The notes below the pieces were generated by a model. It had not been told where the DNA came from. It ran no database searches and saw only the letters and a list, made by a program, of their open reading frames with translations. Positions 8,706-18,262 of a stretch of DNA of 64,000 nt are shown piece after piece; position 1 is the first letter of the stretch; each line of letters opens with the position of its first letter. The position numbers and the translations under genes are program-made. The DNA is from Candidatus Poribacteria bacterium (GTDB taxonomy: Bacteria; Poribacteria; WGA-4E; WGA-3G), in contig CBDHCS010000001.1 in NCBI GenBank assembly GCA_965261125.1, positions 85,405 through 149,404 on the forward strand, in the 5' to 3' direction.

Positions 8706-11219
8706 TTAAAATGTGCGTGACCATTTAAAATTAGCTTGATATCCATGATCTCTCTCAAGGGCTCTTGCAAGGTTTAATCTGAAGATACCAAATTGGAAAC
8801 CGATACCAAGGTTAGCCTTTGGGTAAATATCCGTTATGTCTGCAAGGCTGTTATATGCTTGTCCTATATCTACAAAAGGTACAATATAAATTCCATTTGC
8901 TACATTATGAGCGTACTCCAAATTAAATAGAAATCCGTGGTTGCCCACCAATTCATAGAGAGAGTACCCACGTAATGTCCCTGTGCCGCCCAGAACAAAT
9001 TGGCGTTGGTAAGGCAGCATATATGAAGTAGCGGCAAGACCGACTTTTAAACGTGTATCAAGTCGGTTTTCCCCGATAGGATGATAGTTACGGAGATGGA
9101 CTATAAAGCGTGTAAAATCATGCTCTGAACCGATTGCAGAATTTGAGTGTTCAACCAGAAAAGTGTTATACCATTCGTTTTTGTTCCCTTGATTGTCAAA
9201 ATCATATCTTAAATTGGTATTTTCGCGATTGTCAAAATCGTATTTTAGGGTGATACTATGCAGCCTTCCATCATATATGCGAAAATTCTGATATGTCCCA
9301 AAGTCAAGATTAGTAGACCAGCTTATAAAGGAATTATCCTTTTGAATTAATATGCTTTCATGCTCTTCTAAAAGTAGAGATAGTCCGAGTGTATGCTTTA
9401 GTGTTGCATGCTGCCATTGCAGCGTCATCACGCCACCTTGTCTGAGATAGTAGTCTTGAAAATCGGTATCAAAGAATGCTCTGAAGAACTGTTCGCTGCC
9501 ACTTAGCAAAATATCCCTGTCCCTGGTAGATGTCAAGCGATGGATTTGGACAGCATACGTTAGCCTTGATCTATTGCTGAATGATGATAGCCCGCCACCT
9601 AACCGATAATTGAGGTTTTGTGTTGGTACAGCAAGACTCATGGTGCCAAATATAAAAGGTTGCGGTACCATGCTGGATCGGACTCTGAAATCGTTTTCAT
9701 TCATAGCAATTGATGCAGCGTCTATATTACGTCGAATCGTTCCGCCGGATCTATCAAAAAAGAGTGGGTCGTAATGCCATCTTTTGCCGAGTTCAAATCC
9801 GCCACCAAGTCGTAACCCATCAATGGGGTTTAAACCGCTGGTATTGACGAGTCGAAAGAAATTCTTGCCAATCGGAGAACTTTTGCCTTTTTCAAACGTA
9901 TCTAACATCCCTTGCATGCGTGATGATTTTGATGGCGGTAAAACCCGCATCCAATTGCCATCGTTTTTATATAATTTCTCAACACCCACATTTGACCACC
10001 AAGAATGCTCACCTGTCCGTTGCTGTTTTCTGTCAAAGTTAATCCCCATCAGAATTGGTTCAGTCGTTTCGGGATAATCCAGGACCTGCCATGGGATTTC
10101 CATCTCTACAACCCATCCATCTTTGACAGTGTTAGCTGCGACCTTCCATCGGTCAGCATATTCTCGATTCTTCGGACGCGCCTTAGCAAAATGCACATAC
10201 TTCTTGCCAGATGGGTTTGCCATAAATAAGGTGCGATGCGCGGATTTGTGCGTGTGAAATGGGTCAATACTAAAACAAACCGAATCCTCGTTTGCAAAAC
10301 GGATATGGTCTTTGGTTTGACGGGCTACAATTTTTGGGGGTTGGGAATCGTAGAGATGCCATGCTACATAGATCGCTTTATCCGTGTAAACCAGTTTAAC
10401 TATAGTTTGATCTTTGACCGGTTTCTCTGTACTCACGTGCGTAAATTTGTCAGCTTGGGGGGCGATTTTCCAGCATTTATCATCAAGCTTCCCATCAATT
10501 TTTGGCGGTTTTTCGATTTTTACAGCGAGCATCTCTTTTTGAACGGTATCTCTATTTGGGTTTAGTTCTGCCTTCACCTTCAATGTGTCACTGAGATCGA
10601 TATCTGTAGTCCCAAAATTGCTCAAATTTCCAAGCAAATCGCTAATCCGTTCTGTAGCGATTTTGCCAACAATGTTAACAAAGGTGACCTCCTTAGACTT
10701 TTCAGGCTTATCGGTAACCACAATGGCGAAGATTCCGTAAGCTACGTCTTCATCATATAGCAGACTTACTTCAACCATTTCGTTCGCTTCCTTGATTTTG
10801 ACGAATACCTCCCATTTCTCTTTTTTAAGTTTCTCTTGATAGTATTCAACAAGCTTTGTCCCGTTTGTCCCGTGAGTTATTATAGGACTATCGTAAGTGC
10901 GGACATAGATACCTTCAAGCATCTGGACCATCTCTTTCACCTCTGGAGACGAATTCATGGATTTAGTGACCAGATTGATGAGTTTATCTGTCAAGTTGAC
11001 TTCAACCTTTGCTTCGGGGTTTTGCGGGTGATCAAAGAGGATGAGTCCTTTTTTCTTCGTTTTTTCAGACTGTTCTTTTTGTGCTGATACCTGCTGAAGT
11101 GGTATAATCCATATTTTTTCAGACTGTTCTTCTTGTGCTAATACCTGCTGAAGTGGTATAATCCATAACACTAAACAGAACACCGTGAACAGTAGTGTAA
11201 GGGTTCTTTGCAGTTTCAT
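8706..11219 (-). CDS. DUF4252-like + CBM9-like + Omp85/BamA-type barrel fusion
   Basis: Signal peptide; VEVNLTDKLINL...LEGIYVRTY...FVNIVGKI; PPKIDGKLDDKCW; FVLGGTGTLRGY...FNLEY; terminal Phe. Confidence 0.7.
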   Translation of the reverse strand: MKLQRTLTLLFTVFCLVLWIIPLQQVLAQEEQSEKIWIIPLQQVSAQKEQSEKTKKKGLILFDHPQNPEAKVEVNLTDKLINLVTKSMNSSPEVKEMVQMLEGIYVRTYDSPIITHGTNGTKLVEYYQEKLKKEKWEVFVKIKEANEMVEVSLLYDEDVAYGIFAIVVTDKPEKSKEVTFVNIVGKIATERISDLLGNLSNFGTTDIDLSDTLKVKAELNPNRDTVQKEMLAVKIEKPPKIDGKLDDKCWKIAPQADKFTHVSTEKPVKDQTIVKLVYTDKAIYVAWHLYDSQPPKIVARQTKDHIRFANEDSVCFSIDPFHTHKSAHRTLFMANPSGKKYVHFAKARPKNREYADRWKVAANTVKDGWVVEMEIPWQVLDYPETTEPILMGINFDRKQQRTGEHSWWSNVGVEKLYKNDGNWMRVLPPSKSSRMQGMLDTFEKGKSSPIGKNFFRLVNTSGLNPIDGLRLGGGFELGKRWHYDPLFFDRSGGTIRRNIDAASIAMNENDFRVRSSMVPQPFIFGTMSLAVPTQNLNYRLGGGLSSFSNRSRLTYAVQIHRLTSTRDRDILLSGSEQFFRAFFDTDFQDYYLRQGGVMTLQWQHATLKHTLGLSLLLEEHESILIQKDNSFISWSTNLDFGTYQNFRIYDGRLHSITLKYDFDNRENTNLRYDFDNQGNKNEWYNTFLVEHSNSAIGSEHDFTRFIVHLRNYHPIGENRLDTRLKVGLAATSYMLPYQRQFVLGGTGTLRGYSLYELVGNHGFLFNLEYAHNVANGIYIVPFVDIGQAYNSLADITDIYPKANLGIGFQFGIFRLNLARALERDHGYQANFKWSRTF
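11060..11167 (-). repeat. 54-bp tandem duplication at the signal-peptide junction
   Basis: Encodes WIIPLQQVLAQEEQSEK and WIIPLQQVSAQKEQSEK. Confidence 0.9.
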
Positions 11220-11272
11220 GGTGTTATTCTCCTTTCAATATAATGTTCATTCAATTCATAAGGACCTTTTGC

Positions 11273-11342
11273 TGTAGCACAAACTGTTAGTTTCTGTTTT
11301 CTTATCTGTGCCAACTGACAATTTACGCTACAACGGTCTCAA
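11273..11342. repeat. GTAG-type REP doublet (degenerate)
   Basis: TGTAGCACAAACTGTTAGTTTCTG...GCCAACTGACAATTTACGCTACA; related to 14849-14904. Confidence 0.6.
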
Positions 11343-11359
11343 AGTAATTATAGGCTTTA

Positions 11360-11920
11360 CTATTTGTGCAGCCCTTGTTTACTTTTATTTCTAAACTTTG
11401 CATCAATTTTAAGGTTTTTCAAAAACTCCGATTCGGATTCCCTAATTTTCCCGAAGAGAATTCCGAGTTTTTGAAAATCAATCTCTCCAAAAATGTTCAC
11501 AAAAGTCGTCTTATGTTCGTCAGTGAAGGATATGAAAATCCCGTGTAGTACGCCAGGTTCATCGGTGAAGAGGAGACTGACGTGAAGTTGGTCCTTGACC
11601 TTGATAAGATCCTCCCACTTTTCTGTTTTGAGAATGTGTTTGTAGTGGCGTGTCATTTCAGCTAGGTTCCCAGCTTCTTTATCATAACCGCGGATAAAAA
11701 CACCTTCTATCATCTCCGCATATTCTGATAATGCAGGTAAATTTACCGTGAATTTGATAAAAAGGTTGAAAAAGGATTTGTCTAAGTTGATTTCGACCAT
11801 AGGTGTCGGCGCATTGGGCACGTTCATATCTATTTTGCCACGAATGGCATCCGTTTGTGCTATTCCGCTACCAAAAAAGCAGAAAACAAGTAAAAGGGTT
11901 ATCAAGCTAAATCGTTTCAT
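11360..11920 (-). CDS. DUF4252-like periplasmic protein
   Basis: Signal peptide; VEINLDKSFF...IEGVFIRGY...FVNIFGEIDFQKL. Confidence 0.75.
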   Translation of the reverse strand: MKRFSLITLLLVFCFFGSGIAQTDAIRGKIDMNVPNAPTPMVEINLDKSFFNLFIKFTVNLPALSEYAEMIEGVFIRGYDKEAGNLAEMTRHYKHILKTEKWEDLIKVKDQLHVSLLFTDEPGVLHGIFISFTDEHKTTFVNIFGEIDFQKLGILFGKIRESESEFLKNLKIDAKFRNKSKQGLHK

Positions 11921-12615
11921 TGTGTATTTCCTCCTGGAATTGGTGGGTTAGGTTTTACAAAAACACTTTTAGAATTTTTGGTTTTATGTGTACTTGTATC
12001 TGAGTTTTGCTGTGTATCTGAATTCGGAACTTCGCCAGTTATGTGGTTTAGTATACCTAAACTTCTATTGATTGCCGAAGAGATTTTTGATGTTGATTTG
12101 AAAGCACTGTGTGATGCTTCGTCAATTTTAAGAGATGTGAAGCTGTCATTTACTGCAAGACCAGTTTTATGGAACGCGTACTGCATCTTACGTATTGCAT
12201 AGTTGAAATCAGTTTTTGCTTGTGCTATTTCAGCATGCTTTTGATGTTGATGGACACCAAATAACACTATTCCTACAAGACAAGCAAGTGCGCTTACACG
12301 AAGAATTAGTTGGCGCGAGTTTTCCCAAGCAAAAATATTGAAAAAACGATCCACCCAACTATTGTTGTTGGGATTTGCTTGAACATAAGCCGTAACCTCA
12401 CTTAATATGTCAGGAGGTGACGTTGGTTTAGGCAGATCGTCTAACACCGTCCCAATCGTTTGCGCCAAATTGAATTCGTGCTGACACTTGTCACAAGTAG
12501 CGAGGTGAGACGTGATGACAGTTTCAATCGCGGTATCCAATTCCCCCGCTATGTATTCTTCAATTTGCGTTTGGCAGTCTGTACAAGTTATTTCGTACGA
12601 TGGATTTTGGGTCAT
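11917..12615 (-). CDS. Anti-sigma factor with zf-HC2 zinc finger and TM helix
   Basis: CxxC and HLATCDKC motifs, one TM segment; directly after the ECF gene. Confidence 0.85.
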   Translation of the reverse strand: MTQNPSYEITCTDCQTQIEEYIAGELDTAIETVITSHLATCDKCQHEFNLAQTIGTVLDDLPKPTSPPDILSEVTAYVQANPNNNSWVDRFFNIFAWENSRQLILRVSALACLVGIVLFGVHQHQKHAEIAQAKTDFNYAIRKMQYAFHKTGLAVNDSFTSLKIDEASHSAFKSTSKISSAINRSLGILNHITGEVPNSDTQQNSDTSTHKTKNSKSVFVKPNPPIPGGNTQ

Positions 12616-12618
12616 CGG

Positions 12619-13146
12619 TTATGTCTCCATGAGGCGGTTCAATATCTCTCGCAATTTCTTACGAGCACGAAATACAGTTGATTTGACGGTGTTTTCAGGT
12701 TGTTTCAAGACCTCTGCAATTTCTTTATAACTCATTTCTTCTAATTCCCGCATAATTACGATTGATCGCATATTTGGTGGTAATTCATCAATCGCTTGGT
12801 GTACTAACTGCTTGAGTTCTTCTTTGATAGCAGTCTCCTCCGGGTTTGGATTTGACCGGTGTGAATGTGTATGCAGTAGCATTTCAAGCGTTTCACCAGC
12901 TTCTTCGGATAAATGTACCCGAAATTTCCGGCGTCTTAGTTGGTTAAAACAGAGATTCTGCACACATTTCAGCAACCATGAGCGAACGGTTTCCTGCCGT
13001 ATTTTCGTGCGATGTTGCCATGCCTTGATAAAGGTTTCTTGTGTCATATCCTTTGCGTCTTCGCTGTTTTTAAGTAAATAAAGCGCATGCCGATAAATCT
13101 GATCTTGATGCTTGCGGACCAGTTCAAGGAATTCATCTTCTGTCAT
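12619..13146 (-). CDS. ECF RNA polymerase sigma factor
   Basis: DAKDMTQETFIKAW, SWLLKCVQNLC, MSYKEIAEVL...TVKSTVFRARKKL. Confidence 0.95.
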   Translation of the reverse strand: MTEDEFLELVRKHQDQIYRHALYLLKNSEDAKDMTQETFIKAWQHRTKIRQETVRSWLLKCVQNLCFNQLRRRKFRVHLSEEAGETLEMLLHTHSHRSNPNPEETAIKEELKQLVHQAIDELPPNMRSIVIMRELEEMSYKEIAEVLKQPENTVKSTVFRARKKLREILNRLMET

Positions 13147-13317
13147 ATAGCAACTCCGCGCGCATTGAAGTTAACCTTACTACAAACAAGTTGCAGAAAA
13201 GTTGCATGTTTTTTGTATTTTTGAGAATTTTGCGAAAAAAAATGTAAGAGGTCCCAAATGCCATAAGGGCATTTGGTGTTGATTCATAATCGTGTAATCC
13301 TTGTGCAGGTAGGAAAC

Positions 13318-13343
13318 GGAGCGGTTAGGAAACCGCTCCTACC
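13318..13343. repeat. REP-like palindrome GGAGCGGTTAGGAAACCGCTCCTACC
   Basis: Related copies at 8650-8669 and 56717-56745. Confidence 0.65.
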
Positions 13344-13588
13344 AAGGGAGGTTTGCATATTGTGGGGTAGCAAAAACAAAACCTTAATGCCAATTTAGAG
13401 TATCCAAAACCTACGTAAACAGACACTAAGGCTGATGTATAAATGTTATTTTTAACGTGATCTGGATGTCCGAAATAACTTTTATTTGGTATAGATGTTT
13501 TTCCTATTTAGACCATCTAAACCCCTTCAAATAGTGTCCCACAAACTGTATGAAGATTAAAATAATATTTCGGTAATTTTTCATTATG

Positions 13589-13704
13589 CATATTCGGAAC
13601 ATTGTAAGTGTTCTTCAGTCCCGCCAAATACCAAAAAGCGCATTTGGCGTTGATTCACGGGACTAAGAATCGGGATTGAAAAGCTTTAACATATTCCGAA
13701 TATG
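13589..13704. mobile_element. MITE-like nested inverted-repeat element
   Basis: Outer IR CATATTCGGAA/TTCCGAATATG, inner IR TTCTTCAGTCCCG/CGGGACTAAGAA, central hairpin insert. Confidence 0.55.
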
Positions 13705-13706
13705 TA

Positions 13707-13936
13707 TATAGTAAACTTTAGAATTAACAGGACATTTTGAGGTGTGAATCAACGCTGAATGCGCTTTTGGCATTCAGCGGGAGGGAACTCCGGGGAATGC
13801 CTTTGGCAGCATGCACTGTTGGCATGCTCCATGATTCATACCGTTGATTTGGATTCCCGACTACTCTTATGTTTAGTCGCGATTCGGAGATCGCCCCTAC
13901 AGAAAATGTATCCCATTATTTTTAAAGTTCACTATA
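13707..13936. mobile_element. MITE-like element carrying a REP doublet with two secondary insertions
   Basis: Ends TATAGTAAACTTTAGAATTAA and TTATTTTTAAAGTTCACTATA; shorter copy at 42914-43050. Confidence 0.7.
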
Positions 13937-13950
13937 TAAAGGAGATTTCA

Positions 13951-14790
13951 ATGTCAAAAGAAACATTAAATGATGCACCGATTCCGGTAACACCTGAGCA
14001 AAAGTTCTTTTTCGATTTACGGGGTTGGATTCTATTGCCATCAATATTATCAGACTCGGAAATAGAAGAGATGAAAGCGGAAGTGTATGCAGGGGCAAGG
14101 CAAAGTTATCAAGGAGCACTGCAGACCTTGCTTGACCATCCTGCGATTGTAGGTGTTCTGAATGAAATTCTGTCCGAAGATCCGTTTGTAAACGATGATT
14201 GCTACGGTTTTCGGTGTGAAGGGTCTTTTACGACTGTACGAGAACCCGGTTGGCGTAAGTCTTCACGAGGTGACAACGGTTTACCCCACGTCGTGCGTCC
14301 ACCGCAACAAGCAAATGCGATGCGATATCAGGTTGCTGGCGGAAAAATATTTGCTGGACTGACACGTGTAGTTTGGGAACTTGAGGAGGTAAAGGCTGGA
14401 CAGGGTGGCACGTCTTTTCTGAGCGGATCTCATAAAGCTCATTTCAACTACGGCGGTCCTGATCCGTATCGTCCAAATATCGGCGAGTCGCCTTGGGAAC
14501 AGGGCATGCGGGACATGATGGACGATTATAGCTGCCCGCCGGGTTCAGTTGTTATTTTTACCGAGAGTCTTGTGCATGCGGCGAATGATTGGACGAATCC
14601 CGATAATCCGAGATGTGCGGTTTTCAATTGTTATAACTCTATCTGGGCGCAGTGGCATCGATTGAATCTGAGCCATGAAGTTATTGAAACGATGCCGCTG
14701 AAACGGCAATCTTTGTTCCGTGGGACGTGGGCGATTGGTGGGGGTCCTGGCGGGAATCGGGCGTATTCTTTGGAGAATAATACTACGTGA
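13951..14790 (+). CDS. Phytanoyl-CoA dioxygenase (PhyH) family protein
   Basis: TPEQKFFFDLRGW, SGSHKAHF, PGSVVIFTESLVH; SD AAGGAG before ATG 13951. The longer ORF start lies inside the repeat. Confidence 0.85.
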   Translation: MSKETLNDAPIPVTPEQKFFFDLRGWILLPSILSDSEIEEMKAEVYAGARQSYQGALQTLLDHPAIVGVLNEILSEDPFVNDDCYGFRCEGSFTTVREPGWRKSSRGDNGLPHVVRPPQQANAMRYQVAGGKIFAGLTRVVWELEEVKAGQGGTSFLSGSHKAHFNYGGPDPYRPNIGESPWEQGMRDMMDDYSCPPGSVVIFTESLVHAANDWTNPDNPRCAVFNCYNSIWAQWHRLNLSHEVIETMPLKRQSLFRGTWAIGGGPGGNRAYSLENNTT

Positions 14791-14848
14791 TAATATGTGG
14801 ACGCGAAGCGGTTTCTAACCAAGCAGAGGGCCACACGCGTCCTCTGCT

Positions 14849-14904
14849 TGTAGCACAAACTTTAGTTTGTGCATCCGTGGAACGCAAACTAAAGTTTGCG
14901 CTAC
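14849..14904. repeat. GTAG-type REP doublet (REPIN-like)
   Basis: TGTAGCACAAACTTTAGTTTGTG...CGCAAACTAAAGTTTGCGCTACA. Confidence 0.75.
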
Positions 14905-14950
14905 AAAAAATTGATTATACCATATTTACATTAATTATAGATTTTACTAT

Positions 14951-15097
14951 CAGGATTTACGCATTTTTTATTAAAGTCCCACTGATAAGGGGGATTTAGG
15001 GGCGGGCCCATAGCGATAGCATGTGGGGAGATAAATCACTGAAATAACGACTTTTAAACCCCTACCCTCCTTATCAAGGGGGAATGCATAAGTCCTA
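14951..15097. repeat. Inverted-repeat element with AGGA(T/C)TTA(C/T)GCA ends
   Basis: CAGGATTTACGCA...TGCATAAGTCCT ends with an internal GATAAGGGGG/CCTCCTTATC pair; a similar end near 25649. Confidence 0.5.
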
Positions 15098-15169
15098 ATA
15101 AGAATTAGTGCCCGTTTCGTTTTCATAAATGTGTCTCTGTTTATGGGTGAATCCTCAGATAAAACTAAT

Positions 15170-15204
15170 TAAATCTCTACTGGGTGAAAACCAGTAGAGA
15201 TTTA
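15170..15204. terminator. Strong hairpin between convergent genes
   Basis: TAAATCTCTACTGG-GTGAAAA-CCAGTAGAGATTTA, perfect 14-bp stem. Confidence 0.65.
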
Positions 15205-15235
15205 TCTTTGTAATGTAAGTTTTGAGTCCAATGAA

Positions 15236-16072
15236 TTAAAAGACTTTCTTCTTACGTATTTCCAGGGATTGGTTTTTCACAACTGTCATCTCCCTCGGAT
15301 CAAGGTACGTGTAAATCTTTCCTAAGATTTCCTTATACTGTTTTTCAAGTGCATGGCCGAGATCGTTGTGAAATTTGTTCTCTTTTTCTAAAATCACCTC
15401 TATAGGAACGCCGCCTGTACCCTGAAACACTTTGCCATATTTTATGGAATGTTCAGCTAAATACTGTAAGGGATAACGATATTGGGATTTCAAATAGATT
15501 GTAAACGGTTCTATGTTTATAGTCTTTGTCCACATACGTTCATTCGTGAGACTTTCACTGACAACGAGTTTGACATCACAATTCACGTGGACCGGACCTT
15601 TGATTTCATAGCGTGTGGAGGTTGTGGGTTGGACGAGAGCAAATGGTCGCTCAAGATAAGTACGGCTGGTGTCCGCAGAAAACAGCACCTCTGCCGTAAG
15701 GACTAAATCACTTCCTTCTTTATCAGGAAAGATCATATCATCGTAGGTATTGAAGGGACCTCTAACACCGAAGCCTTGAGCACCCAGTACCTCCATAAAG
15801 TCTTTCGTCATTGTACTTGCAAAATCAACGAAGATTTTGGCATGTACTTGATTTGGCACTTGCATTTGTCCTGGTTGAACAGGTTTTGCTAATTGAGAAC
15901 CGACCACAGCAAAGGTCACATCGGCTGATCCCGATGCAGCCTCTGTTTTAGGGGTATATTGAAATACAATTGTTTCACGTTGTATTTTTGCTGCACCCCC
16001 TGCACATCCAATCAAAAGCAGAACACAAATTGCAGCTACTATACAGTTTGTTAGTAAACTTGAGAATCTCAT
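15236..16072 (-). CDS. Hypothetical lipoprotein, paralog of 16152-16865
   Basis: LIGC lipobox; shared GFGVRGPF..DKEGSDL..VSES..NER.W..YLDP.EM motifs. Confidence 0.8.
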   Translation of the reverse strand: MRFSSLLTNCIVAAICVLLLIGCAGGAAKIQRETIVFQYTPKTEAASGSADVTFAVVGSQLAKPVQPGQMQVPNQVHAKIFVDFASTMTKDFMEVLGAQGFGVRGPFNTYDDMIFPDKEGSDLVLTAEVLFSADTSRTYLERPFALVQPTTSTRYEIKGPVHVNCDVKLVVSESLTNERMWTKTINIEPFTIYLKSQYRYPLQYLAEHSIKYGKVFQGTGGVPIEVILEKENKFHNDLGHALEKQYKEILGKIYTYLDPREMTVVKNQSLEIRKKKVF

Positions 16073-16151
16073 CTAAATCCTCCTTATAGATGATTAATTG
16101 TTTTTGAATTTACCAAGTTAAAAAACTTTGATTCTAATTTATAAGCATTAA

Positions 16152-16865
16152 TTATCTAACAACTTTTTTCTTTCTTAATTCACGAGCGGATTTTGTCACA
16201 ACTGCCATCTCTTTCGGATCAAGGTATCCGTAGATTTTGTTCATAATCTCCGTATATTGAGCTTTAAGAGCATTACTTACATCTGAGTGGAATGTGTTAT
16301 CATTAACTAAAAGTCTTTCCAAAGTTGCTCTCGTTTCGTACGCATGCCTTGATTTAAGGTTAACCGTGAAAGGTGTAATGGCAATACTCCTTGTCCATAA
16401 CCTCTCATTTGTAATACTCTCTGAAACGATGAGGTTGACGTGGCATTTGACTGTCACGGATCCACTCGGTATTCCAAAAGAAGAATATTGGATTTGACTT
16501 GTATCTGAACTAAATTCAACTTCAGCAGTAAGCATCAAGTCACTTCCTTCTTTATCAGAGTATGTCATATCGTTGAACGTCATGAATGGCCCTCTTACAC
16601 CGAAGCCTCGAGCGGTGAGTATTTCTCCGAAATCCTTAGTCATGTTACTGGCAAAGGTTTTAAAAAGAGAAATTGGTGTATCGAACTTTGTACCAACGAC
16701 AGCGAACGTTGCGTCTGCTGAACCTGGAACGGCATCTGAAGATGGTGTATAATCAAAATTCACAACTGCACGTGGAGGTTCGGGTTCAATATTTGCAGGT
16801 ATGCATCCTGCTAAAGAAACAGAAACCATAATGATGAAGCTAAAATATAAAATTGAAAATCTCAT
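16152..16865 (-). CDS. Hypothetical lipoprotein, paralog of 15236-16072
   Basis: LAGC lipobox; same motifs as its neighbour; SD AGGAG. Confidence 0.8.
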   Translation of the reverse strand: MRFSILYFSFIIMVSVSLAGCIPANIEPEPPRAVVNFDYTPSSDAVPGSADATFAVVGTKFDTPISLFKTFASNMTKDFGEILTARGFGVRGPFMTFNDMTYSDKEGSDLMLTAEVEFSSDTSQIQYSSFGIPSGSVTVKCHVNLIVSESITNERLWTRSIAITPFTVNLKSRHAYETRATLERLLVNDNTFHSDVSNALKAQYTEIMNKIYGYLDPKEMAVVTKSARELRKKKVVR

Positions 16866-17042
16866 CTAAACTCCTATTGAATATTTGCTTGGGTTGTTTT
16901 TGTAACAACCACACAGAGGTTTTGGTTAAATTATGATGTGAAAAATCGGATACCCTACAAAGCGCATTTTTCACATCTCGCTTGTATACGCATGCTGATA
17001 AAGTATTTATGAAATACATTATAGCCAATTTCAATACAACAA

Positions 17043-17078
17043 CAAAAACCCGCCACGATCCAAAATGGACGTGCGGGC
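17043..17078 (-). terminator. Intrinsic terminator
   Basis: CCCGCACGTCCATTTTGGATCGTGGCGGG followed by TTTTT on the minus strand. Confidence 0.65.
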
Positions 17079-17354
17079 ACAACAACGGTAGAACCATTAA
17101 CGCTTTCAAAGTTGTTTTATCGTAATGTGTTGTTATATTTAACGGTGACGTGGGGGGGACTCAAAACCGGGTGTTAAAACGAAACCGGCAAGCAGGGCAT
17201 CTGCCCTATTTCCGAGCAGACAATAGATATCTAAAACGTTTATCTCTAAATGATGGTTCATTTGTCGGTTTTTCATTGTCCAAAAACCCAAGTCCCGAAC
17301 ACTAAAAATGCATGGTAACGCAATTTTTTGTTCGTCCTATTCATTTACAAAACT

Positions 17355-17384
17355 ATTATACCTTATAAATGCAACAAATGTCAA
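17355..17384 (-). promoter_or_regulatory. Consensus sigma70 promoter
   Basis: TTGACA-18 nt-TATAAT on the minus strand. Confidence 0.7.
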
Positions 17385-17488
17385 ATTTTTTAATGCACAA
17401 AATTTGTGTATTTACAGAATTCTTGTCATTTATAGCAGCACGTACTCGGAAAAAAATAATCAAAGTGTGCGGTGCGTGCTGCTATACC

Positions 17489-17725
17489 TTAATCTGCGGC
17501 TTTATCATCGGACGATTTAGTGGCCTTTAACTTATCTCTAAATGGCTCTGGATCAACAAATTTATACTTACCGGACTCCCGCATTTCTTTGCCTACTTTT
17601 TGGTAATAAGCGATCAATTTATTAAGATCGTGCCCACACTCTTCTGAAATTTTCATTCGCATTTCGCGAACTTCCTTAACGACTTCATTCATTTCTGGTC
17701 TTAGAAGATCCTCTTTGGTTACCAT
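17489..17725 (-). CDS. Small protein partner of the PIN gene (putative antitoxin)
   Basis: NEVVKEVREMRMKISEECGHDLNKL motif; starts 1 nt after the PIN stop. Confidence 0.65.
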   Translation of the reverse strand: MVTKEDLLRPEMNEVVKEVREMRMKISEECGHDLNKLIAYYQKVGKEMRESGKYKFVDPEPFRDKLKATKSSDDKAAD

Positions 17726-17726
17726 T

Positions 17727-18203
17727 TTATGTTATCCCTCCTAAATAATCAAAGGGTGTTGTCAATTTTGGTGTTACTAAACCTAATTCTTGGTTAATAC
17801 GTGCAATAAAATCAAACTTGTTCGGATTAGCAAGATGCGCGCAATTCCAGGTGAGTATTGCGTCAACTTGATGAAACGATGCAATTGCTAAATGAAGCGC
17901 GTCTCCTTGCGGTTCTTTAGGCATTATCAATCTTTCAATATAAATTCGAGCGATTTGAGCAATTTCGATCGTAGGATCAAATATCTGAATACCTTCAAGC
18001 AATGCAAGTCTGTCTTGTGTTGCTTTTCCCGTTCCTAATCTAAGTTCGGTTTCAACGGCACTACTTGAAGTTAGGGTAAATAGATGCGCATATTCATGCC
18101 ACCATTGCCGCGTCAATTTCTGTCTAAAGATCGACTCTTCATCGGTTCGCAATGTATAGTAAGAACTTGGAATTGTTGTTTCAATGTAGATGCGTTTTTG
18201 CAT
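17727..18203 (-). CDS. PIN-domain (VapC-like) protein
   Basis: IYIETTIPS, DALHLAIA, LTWNCAHLAN. Confidence 0.9.
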   Translation of the reverse strand: MQKRIYIETTIPSSYYTLRTDEESIFRQKLTRQWWHEYAHLFTLTSSSAVETELRLGTGKATQDRLALLEGIQIFDPTIEIAQIARIYIERLIMPKEPQGDALHLAIASFHQVDAILTWNCAHLANPNKFDFIARINQELGLVTPKLTTPFDYLGGIT

Positions 18204-18262
18204 TGCTTATAACTTACTATTATTATATCACATATAGGTCTAATTGTCAAAACAAGATAAAT

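Noticed and set aside
13759-13950. N-terminal extension of the PhyH ORF
   Set aside because: It reads through the MITE; a good SD precedes ATG 13951.
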